Shown: piece after piece, positions 57,219-64,000 of the stretch
Layout of the letters: each line of letters starts with the position of its first letter
Position numbering within the stretch: position 1 is the first letter of the stretch
DNA from: a virus
Taxonomy: Duplodnaviria; Caudoviricetes
Virus record (IMG/VR): IMGVR_UViG_3300036546_000248
Strand: one strand, 5' to 3'
Length of the DNA stretch: 64,000 nucleotides
The notes under the pieces: generated by a model
Databases searched by the model: none
What the model was told of the DNA's origin: nothing
The model's input: only the letters and a program-made list of their open reading frames with translations
Translations under genes and position numbers: made by a program

Positions 57219-58673
57219 ATGTATATTCTCAAAGGCTTTATGGTGATTTCACCACTGGCCGACAACACGGTGAACGTGATCGCACCGCTGGGGGAACTTT
57301 CCACCCAAAGCTACACGTACGCCAAAGAAAAAGGTCAGTACACCAATCCCAGTTACAAAGACGTTGTGCTCACAACCTTCCGTAGTAAATCGGTGGAAGA
57401 GGAAACTGAGACCTTGGTGGTGGTACCCATCGTCCATCAAAACGCCGCGTTGCAGATCGGACAGTGGCTTTACACCAAAGCCGAACTGGGTGAGCTTAAC
57501 AGCAATTACCAACGCTGTCAAGAACTACTTCAAGCGCAATTTGGCAACCTGGTCAGCAACATCAAAGTTGGCCAAATGCAAACTGACCGCACCCGTTGGC
57601 TACCCGAATGGGTCAGCTACACCCTCACCGGTAGCAACAACGAGGTTAAGTTCTGGTTCAGTGACGCGGCTTTCCAAGACCAGTACGACGAATACGAAAT
57701 CGAATTCGTTCCTGCACTGGAACCTCTGGATAGTTTCTTCAACGATCCTCTCGTGGTTCAAGCGGCCTTGGCTGCACGCAGCATGACGGCGATCTTTAAC
57801 CGGATCGAGGAAGTCAAGAACAAGCAACCTTATACCAGCTTGCTCAACCAGGAGTTCGAGTACCGTGGTGGTCCTATTGGTGAAAACCGACTGATGACCA
57901 ATTGGACGGTGATGATTTGGGGTGTGGCGGGTAACAACCCGGACATCATCAAAGAAGAGCTGGCCGAGTATATCCTTGGTAACACCAAACACACCGAAGA
58001 AGAATGGATCAAGATCTTTCCTGACATCTTCACCAACACGGAATTCATCCTAATGCCATTCTGGGATCAGTATGCTATTCCAAACCGCACCATCGTAACT
58101 GGCATGTACTCGCCGAGTACGCACCTGCTGTCAGCCCTGTCTCTGGCTTACGCTGCTGTGAAAGGTAAGGGGTATTACCGGGAACACGTCCAGCAGAACC
58201 TGGTGCTGTCCTCGGTCTTGTACAAGTCGCTGGCCTTTGCTGCGGTAGGTGGACCCTACAACCGTGATGGCATTTATCGCCTTGACATGAAGTGGGAAGA
58301 TTATCTGATCGTACCCACTACGTCGCCCGACTTTAACCGGATGGATATCAAAACGCAGGAATGGATCACGCTCTTTTACGAGATGTTGATCGTGGCTGAG
58401 AACGCCACACCTACGTCGAGCATTCCGCGCGGCATGAGTCGTGTAATCCGCAATGGGGTAATGTACATCGCAGCAAGCTTTGAACGCGTACTGTATTTGG
58501 TGCTGACGCGGTACACGGTTCAGGAGATTGAAACCTCCCCCGAACGTTTCCCGTGGGTGCCTGAACGTGGGTTGATTCTGACTGACTCGACTGACACGTT
58601 GTACATGATCGACCAAGAGGAAAACCTCTTGTCTCGGATGGTAGTGACGAACGATCCGTTGGCATTAACATAA
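57219..58673 (+). CDS. virion structural protein (phiKZ gp157-like)
   Basis: MYILKGFMVISPLADNTVNVIAPLGELS N-terminus; synteny. Confidence 0.75.
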   Translation: MYILKGFMVISPLADNTVNVIAPLGELSTQSYTYAKEKGQYTNPSYKDVVLTTFRSKSVEEETETLVVVPIVHQNAALQIGQWLYTKAELGELNSNYQRCQELLQAQFGNLVSNIKVGQMQTDRTRWLPEWVSYTLTGSNNEVKFWFSDAAFQDQYDEYEIEFVPALEPLDSFFNDPLVVQAALAARSMTAIFNRIEEVKNKQPYTSLLNQEFEYRGGPIGENRLMTNWTVMIWGVAGNNPDIIKEELAEYILGNTKHTEEEWIKIFPDIFTNTEFILMPFWDQYAIPNRTIVTGMYSPSTHLLSALSLAYAAVKGKGYYREHVQQNLVLSSVLYKSLAFAAVGGPYNRDGIYRLDMKWEDYLIVPTTSPDFNRMDIKTQEWITLFYEMLIVAENATPTSSIPRGMSRVIRNGVMYIAASFERVLYLVLTRYTVQEIETSPERFPWVPERGLILTDSTDTLYMIDQEENLLSRMVVTNDPLALT

Positions 58674-58674
58674 A

Positions 58675-58722
58675 GCATTACATCCCTCAGGGCCTTCGGG
58701 CCCTGAGGGGTGGTTTTATGTC
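58675..58722 (+). terminator. hairpin terminator
   Basis: ccctcagggcc-ttcg-ggccctgaggg (approximate stem) followed by ttttatgt. Confidence 0.8.
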
Positions 58723-58793
58723 CAGACTTCGAGGTATAACCCTCCGTAATTCTATGAGAGAGGCCAAACTCTTATAACCACGAGGAACATGAC

Positions 58794-60161
58794 ATGTCTA
58801 CCCTTCTCGATCAACAAACCGAGGTACACGTTCAGCTCGGTAACGGCGCACCGGCATTTCTGCCTACTGCGATCGGTCAACACTACATCGACATCGCCAA
58901 CCGCCGCGTTTACCAATCGGTAGGCATCAACTCTGTCGAAGACTGGTCGGTACCGCTGGCCAATATGGCTGACCTTGATGCTCTACCTAAGACCAAAGTC
59001 GACTTCGGTCTCGGTAACGTCGAAGACTACGGCGTTGCCAGCCAGTCTGAAGCCGAACTGGGTCAGGCCAATGACCGCTACATGACGCCTCTGCGTGTCA
59101 CTCAGCTGCTCAATGCCCTGTTCATGCCGGTCCTCGACACCTTCATGGCTCGTCGCGACAACCCGCATCAGGTCACTGCTGAACAAGTCGGTGCACTGAC
59201 TTCGGAAGCCACCCAACTGCTGTTGGATGAGAAACTGGCTGAAGGCGACCTCGCCGGTTTGCTGCAAGCATTCTGGGCGGAAAAGGTCGGCAGTGCTCCG
59301 GAAACTCTGGATACCATCCAAGAGATCTCTGCTGCGCTGCAAAACAACCCGGACGTTATCACTGTCCTGCAACAGTTGGTCAATGACAACGCCGCTGCGA
59401 TTGGTGCGTTGGAAACTCGTGTTGATGGTATCGATGCTGAGATCACCCAAACGCAAGCAGACTTCGCCGCTGGCGTGCAGGCCGTTAACGACCGCGTTGA
59501 TGCTGAAGCCCTGGCTCGCAACACTGCTGACCAAGCGCTTGATGACAAGATTGTTGAAGTCGACACGCGTCTGTCTGCCGGTAAGGTTGACGTAGGCGGT
59601 GACATCTCCACCAACACTGTCACTCAAGGTGAAGGTGAAGCGGCTCAACAGGTTGCCCTGAGCGTTCTGATTGCTCAGCTTCAGGCGGGTATTTCTGAAG
59701 CAGGCGATGCCAGTGACCTCGAAGCACTACAGGCTGCATTCAATGCGTTTGTTGCGGCTAAAGCCACTGCCGCTGAAGTCATCGCCGGTCTGGATGATGA
59801 GAAATACACCACTGCCATGGCAGTTAAAGGTGCTATTGACCAAGCCGTCGCCGAATTGGTGGGTACTGCTCCTGAAGCACTGGATACCATCCAAGAGCTG
59901 GCTGAAGCGCTACAGAACAACCCTGATGTGATCGCTGGTCTGGTTGACCAGATCGCTACTAAGGAAACGCCTGAAGGCGCACAAGCTAAAGCCGATGCCG
60001 CTCTGGTTGAAGCCAAAGCCTACGCCGACACCACTGCAGCTTCCAGCGTTGAAGCCGCTCAGCTGTACAGCGACAGCACCACCCAAGCCCTGATCGACGA
60101 ACTCAACCGCCTGGCTGCTGAGATCGAAGGGTCTGGTACCGAAGAAGTACAGGCACAGTAA
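58794..60161 (+). CDS. acidic fibre-like virion protein (455 aa)
   Basis: Fibre motifs GQHYID, FGLGNVED, NPHQVTAEQVG, two APE(T/A)LDTIQE...LQNNPD; coiled-coil segments; strong codon bias. Confidence 0.75.
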   Translation: MSTLLDQQTEVHVQLGNGAPAFLPTAIGQHYIDIANRRVYQSVGINSVEDWSVPLANMADLDALPKTKVDFGLGNVEDYGVASQSEAELGQANDRYMTPLRVTQLLNALFMPVLDTFMARRDNPHQVTAEQVGALTSEATQLLLDEKLAEGDLAGLLQAFWAEKVGSAPETLDTIQEISAALQNNPDVITVLQQLVNDNAAAIGALETRVDGIDAEITQTQADFAAGVQAVNDRVDAEALARNTADQALDDKIVEVDTRLSAGKVDVGGDISTNTVTQGEGEAAQQVALSVLIAQLQAGISEAGDASDLEALQAAFNAFVAAKATAAEVIAGLDDEKYTTAMAVKGAIDQAVAELVGTAPEALDTIQELAEALQNNPDVIAGLVDQIATKETPEGAQAKADAALVEAKAYADTTAASSVEAAQLYSDSTTQALIDELNRLAAEIEGSGTEEVQAQ

Positions 60162-62270
60162 CACCTGTACTTAAGTGAGCACTCTTAAGACCGTTCTTTT
60201 TAATCGGAACGGTTTGTTTAATTCAGTCCATGGGGATGTAAAAAAATGGCAATGTCTAATGCGGAACTCGAAGTTGCCCTGAAATCGGGTCTTCAACGCT
60301 TGGTTACCGCTCTGGCCAACAAAGTTGCGCCGGACTCTCTCTTACTCGAAGGCAAGTCTCTGGCTGAAATCACCAGCCTGATCCTCGCTGGTAAAGCCGC
60401 CACTGCAGGCACAGCCGACAACGCACTGGCTGTAGGTGGTAAGGACCTCACCACGCTGGAAAGCGAGCGTAATGCTCAGCTGGTTGCTGCCATCGATGCC
60501 CTGCGTATCGAACTGGAAGGCGAAATCAGCAACGTCACAGCTGAATCCCTCGGTCTGGGTAACGTCGTTAATTACGGTATTGCCACCGAAGAAGAAGCTC
60601 TGGCTGGTGCCGTTGACAAATACGTCACTGCTGCTCTGGCAGTCAAGATCGCTCAGGTCAAGATCGACGAAATCGTTGGGGCAGCTCCAGAGACTCTGGA
60701 CACCCTGGCTGAAATCGCCACGGCTCTGAAAAACGATCCGGACGTTATCAACACGCTGATGTCCAACATTGGCACTAACGCCACTGCGATCGAAGCGCTG
60801 GAAACTGCAACTGCAGCGTTCGAAGCCAAGGTACTGAGCTACTTTGACGTTGACGGCAATGCCAACAACGCCAACCTGCTTGCTGGCAAGACTCTGGACG
60901 AAGTCCTGGCTCTGGCACGCGACGGCGTGGACATGTCCAATGTCGTTCTGAAGACCGACGACTTCAGTCAGTACATGGTCACTCTGACCGAAGGTGCTGA
61001 GGCCCAATCGATCAAGCAAGTCTTTAATGATCTGGAGGCGGCTGACAAAGCTCAGGTTGCTGCAACTGAAGCGCTGGACGCCAAGGTTGAACAGAACGCC
61101 ACTGCTACTACTGAAGCCCTGGCCCTCAAGGCCAACCAAGCTGACGTAGACGCAGCCGTTGACGGCATCAACACTGCGCTGTCGACCAAGGTTGAAGTGG
61201 GTAGCAACATCGCCACTAACACCCTCTTGGTTGGTGAAGGCGAAGGCGCTGCTGAAGTTGCTCTGTCGCAGATCATCGCTGACATCAATGCTGCAATCGC
61301 CGCTGGTGGTGCTGCATCGACTGAAGGTCTGGCTGACCTGCAAGCTGCTCTGGATGCGTTCATCGCAGCCAAGGCCACTGGCGAAGAAGCTATCGCTGGT
61401 ACCGACGATGCCAAGTACATCACTGCGCTGGCCCTTAAAGCCGCACTGGATGCGCTGAACCTCGCTGGTAAACTCGACGTTGATGCCCAAGCCGTTGACT
61501 CGGCTAAGCTCGGCGGCAAGAGCTTGGAAGAAGTCATCGCTGACGCTCAAGCTGGCGTTGACATGTCGAACCTGGTCTTCAAGACCGACGACATGGGCCA
61601 ATACTCCCTGGTTCTGGCCAGTGACGTAGAAGGCGAGCCGGTTCGTACCTTCAAGCAGATCCTCGACGCGTTCGAAGTGACGCTGGGTGAGAAAGCCACT
61701 GCTATTGATCTGGCTGCTGAAGTTGCAGCTCGTGAAGCACTGGACACTCGCCTGTCGGGTGAAATGGATGCTGTTGAGGCTCGGGCAACCGCGCTGGAAG
61801 ACCGCGCCACTGCGCTGGAATCCGACAAGCTCGACGCTACCGCGCAAGCTGTAGACTCGGCTAAGTTGGAAGGCAAGTCGATTGCTGACTTGACTGCCAG
61901 CGGTGAAGAAGCAGCTGCCGGTGTCATCACCGATAAGTTCATGACTCCCGGTACTGCCAAGGAAGCTTTCGATGCTCGTTGGGCTGAGAAAGTCGGTGCT
62001 GCGCCTGAGACCCTCGATACGATCGAAGAGATCGCGTTGGCTCTGCGCAACAACCCAGATTCCCTGGCTGCAGTGGAAACCGTTGCCAAGCAGTACACCG
62101 ATGCTGAAGTTCTGGCTGCCATTCAGCAGATCTCCGGCGAAGACATGGTTGCTGGCACCACGCTGGCTAGCCTGTACGCTCAGGTTCAAGCTCTGCAAAC
62201 CTCCAAGCTGGACGCTACTGCGACTGCAGTAAACTCCGAGAAGCTCGGTGGCAAGAGCCTCATGGAAGTC
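59280..62270 (+). repeat. protein-level module repeats shared between the two fibre genes
   Basis: APE(T/A)LDT x4; an approximately 85-aa KV(D/E)VG...GEGE...AKAT...DD.KY block at about 59583-59840 and 61188-61450. Confidence 0.8.
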
Positions 62271-63080
62271 ATCGATTCGGCTATCCAGCCTGGTCGTCTG
62301 TTCTACCCGGTTGTCCATGTCAATGGTAGCCTGGAAGAAGACAACTACGTCATGCCGACTCCGGCTGATGTCTGGGCTCAGGTGAAGACCAACGCCGTTA
62401 TGGAACAGGTCGACACCATCTACGCCGTGGGCGTCAAGCGTCTGCTGCCGGGTAACCTGCTGGCCCTGACCAATCAGGAAGGTATGACCCTGCGTGGTGC
62501 GGTGTCTGAGGCACAAGAAGGTCCTGGCTACGTTATCATGCGTGCCGGTATCGATGACACTGAGTGGACTGTGATCACTGACCCGATGCTGGGTTGCGTG
62601 GCTCGCCTGTCCAAGCACTGTGTCGTTGTCGGCGACAACACTGAGCGTTTCGTTCCGGGTCAGACGCTGTTCTACAACGGCTTCGAAGCTCTGAGCGAAA
62701 ACGTGTACTACGACTGGACGCTGATGGCGGACAAGGAGTGGGAAGTCGCTACCTTCACCGGTACTGACCTCGTGATCGACAGCGCTCGTTACCATCGCAG
62801 CGAAATCCGCATTCAGTCCACCGGTCCGGTCACCGTGACGTTCGACGTCCCGACTGACCTGCCGTACGAGATGGAAGTGCGGTTCGTGAACCAGACTGGG
62901 GTCGAAGTGACCTTCGCTGGTAGTAACGTGGTGTCGGTACCGCGTATGCAACAGTACACCCTGACTAAGGTCAACGGTGTGGTGCGTGCCGTACGTTACA
63001 CCAACACCTCCGTTTCGTTGGCGGGTGATATGGATGAAGCGTTCTTCGTCAATCCGGATTACTCGGCACCTCAGGTCTAA
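60246..63080 (+). CDS. acidic, repeat-rich fibre protein (944 aa) with a C-terminal beta domain
   Basis: LGLGNV, two APETLDT, five (N/D)A..L.GK repeats, two GVDMSN..KTDD blocks; C-terminus ending SLAGDM resembles fibre distal domains. Confidence 0.75.
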   Translation: MAMSNAELEVALKSGLQRLVTALANKVAPDSLLLEGKSLAEITSLILAGKAATAGTADNALAVGGKDLTTLESERNAQLVAAIDALRIELEGEISNVTAESLGLGNVVNYGIATEEEALAGAVDKYVTAALAVKIAQVKIDEIVGAAPETLDTLAEIATALKNDPDVINTLMSNIGTNATAIEALETATAAFEAKVLSYFDVDGNANNANLLAGKTLDEVLALARDGVDMSNVVLKTDDFSQYMVTLTEGAEAQSIKQVFNDLEAADKAQVAATEALDAKVEQNATATTEALALKANQADVDAAVDGINTALSTKVEVGSNIATNTLLVGEGEGAAEVALSQIIADINAAIAAGGAASTEGLADLQAALDAFIAAKATGEEAIAGTDDAKYITALALKAALDALNLAGKLDVDAQAVDSAKLGGKSLEEVIADAQAGVDMSNLVFKTDDMGQYSLVLASDVEGEPVRTFKQILDAFEVTLGEKATAIDLAAEVAAREALDTRLSGEMDAVEARATALEDRATALESDKLDATAQAVDSAKLEGKSIADLTASGEEAAAGVITDKFMTPGTAKEAFDARWAEKVGAAPETLDTIEEIALALRNNPDSLAAVETVAKQYTDAEVLAAIQQISGEDMVAGTTLASLYAQVQALQTSKLDATATAVNSEKLGGKSLMEVIDSAIQPGRLFYPVVHVNGSLEEDNYVMPTPADVWAQVKTNAVMEQVDTIYAVGVKRLLPGNLLALTNQEGMTLRGAVSEAQEGPGYVIMRAGIDDTEWTVITDPMLGCVARLSKHCVVVGDNTERFVPGQTLFYNGFEALSENVYYDWTLMADKEWEVATFTGTDLVIDSARYHRSEIRIQSTGPVTVTFDVPTDLPYEMEVRFVNQTGVEVTFAGSNVVSVPRMQQYTLTKVNGVVRAVRYTNTSVSLAGDMDEAFFVNPDYSAPQV

Positions 63081-63091
63081 GTAACAATCGT

Positions 63092-63120
63092 GCAGCGAGG
63101 GGCAACCCTCGCTGTATGAC
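63092..63120 (+). terminator. hairpin terminator
   Basis: cagcgaggg-gcaa-ccctcgctg followed by tatgac. Confidence 0.8.
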
Positions 63121-63161
63121 GCCTATTTAATGACAGTCGACTTCTTTTAAAAGGTTTAACC

Positions 63162-63779
63162 ATGGCCCGAATGACCCCACCGTTGCTTACAAAAGGGCGT
63201 TACACCCTGGTCAATCCGTTTGTGGCTGAGGACACCGTACTTTACACCTGTACGGCACTGCGTACTTTTGCTGAATGCGAAGTGGCGGGCGAAAACGTCT
63301 TACAGGACGTGTACCTCAAACACAACCTGACCGAACGTGAATACAACCGTGACTTGAATGCCGGTGCATTGTTGGTTACGTTGATGTCTGAGACTCAACC
63401 ACCCATCTTTGTACCTGACACCTACATCGAGTCATACCCCAATCTCTCCGATGTCGTGTATAACCATGTGGTGTTAACCGTCTCCTTGGGATCAGTTCCA
63501 GATTTCCTGAACTTCGATTTCCTCAAGGCGCAGATGGCTGCGCTGGTTTCCGATGTTATCGGTGTTACACCAGAAGTTAAGTTGGCGCGGGCAATCAGTA
63601 GCGGTATCGTCACCCCCGAACAACACGAAGCAATGGAAGTGGGGCGACAAGCAGCCATCAAGCTTCGTACCACCGATCGAGCAAAGAACGTAGAACTACA
63701 AAACAAGTGCACCCGTCTGGAAGAGCAAAACAAGATTCTGGTCGAACTGCTTCAACAACACAACATCATTCCGATGTAA
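63162..63779 (+). CDS. conserved phiKZ-like protein, probably structural (205 aa)
   Basis: MTPPL..KGRYTL..PF, YVPDTYIESYP-type motif, LTVSLG.VP; recalled family. Confidence 0.7.
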   Translation: MARMTPPLLTKGRYTLVNPFVAEDTVLYTCTALRTFAECEVAGENVLQDVYLKHNLTEREYNRDLNAGALLVTLMSETQPPIFVPDTYIESYPNLSDVVYNHVVLTVSLGSVPDFLNFDFLKAQMAALVSDVIGVTPEVKLARAISSGIVTPEQHEAMEVGRQAAIKLRTTDRAKNVELQNKCTRLEEQNKILVELLQQHNIIPM

Positions 63780-63782
63780 TGC

Positions 63783-63823
63783 GGCATACAGGGAGGCTTA
63801 CGCCTCCCTGTAGCTGTTATGCT
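63783..63823. terminator. bidirectional terminator
   Basis: tacagggaggc-ttac-gcctccctgta stem flanked by ggcata and ttatgc. Confidence 0.85.
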
Positions 63824-63999
63824 GCATAGGTAAACATGTAGATGGTTGCACGGTTGTCCAGCTGACGATCTACAATCAATAACTCTTCAAGATATTGACG
63901 GAACTCCAATGGCCAACCTTCGAAATCGCGCAAGAACCGCCGCACTTCCAAAGAGCGACTTTGGATCTTCTTGACATTGAAGGGGAACAGGCTTTTGAT
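63817..63999 (-). CDS. C-terminal end of a gene that starts beyond the window
   Basis: Open frame IKSLFPFNVKKIQSRSLEVRRFLRDFEGWPLEFRQYLEELLIVDRQLDNRATIYMFTYAA, stop at the terminator. Confidence 0.65.
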   Translation of the reverse strand: MKSLFPFNVKKIQSRSLEVRRFLRDFEGWPLEFRQYLEELLIVDRQLDNRATIYMFTYAA

Positions 64000-64000
64000 T

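Noticed and set aside
1-64000. CRISPR array, tRNA, rRNA, integrase or transposase
   Set aside because: No regularly spaced repeats, cloverleaf structures or recombinase motifs seen by eye; tRNAscan-SE and CRISPR finders would be needed to exclude them fully.

Overview
This window is part of a phiKZ-like jumbo myophage genome (Chimalliviridae-type). The gene order resembles SPN3US/RSL2 more than phiKZ itself. Core genes: terminase large subunit, three baseplate/virion genes (phiKZ gp26-28-like), tail sheath and tube, prohead protease (gp175-like), four virion RNA polymerase subunits (gp178, gp180, gp149 and gp176-like), a 2399-aa gp181-like tape-measure/lytic transglycosylase, a gp182-like protein, a RecA/UvsX-like recombinase, RNase HI and dCTP deaminase. 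Accessory blocks lie at about 0.8-7.1 kb, 9.5-10.2 kb, 20-26 kb, 45.8-49 kb and 58.8-63.1 kb. The most unusual observations are: (1) four small genes sharing a triple-Trp N-terminal module fused to divergent adhesin-like domains; (2) a duplicated early promoter-leader cassette plus repeated hairpins that sequester the Shine-Dalgarno sequence of early genes; (3) a GIY-YIG endonuclease fused in frame to a NADAR-like domain that keeps its own start signals; (4) an L,D-transpeptidase-like (DUF5675-type) domain in the gp181 homologue; (5) two very acidic, module-shuffled fibre proteins; (6) a recurring hairpin-TTATGC terminator signature. I saw no tRNA, rRNA, CRISPR array, integrase or reverse transcriptase. 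All family assignments come from recalled motifs and synteny, not from database searches.
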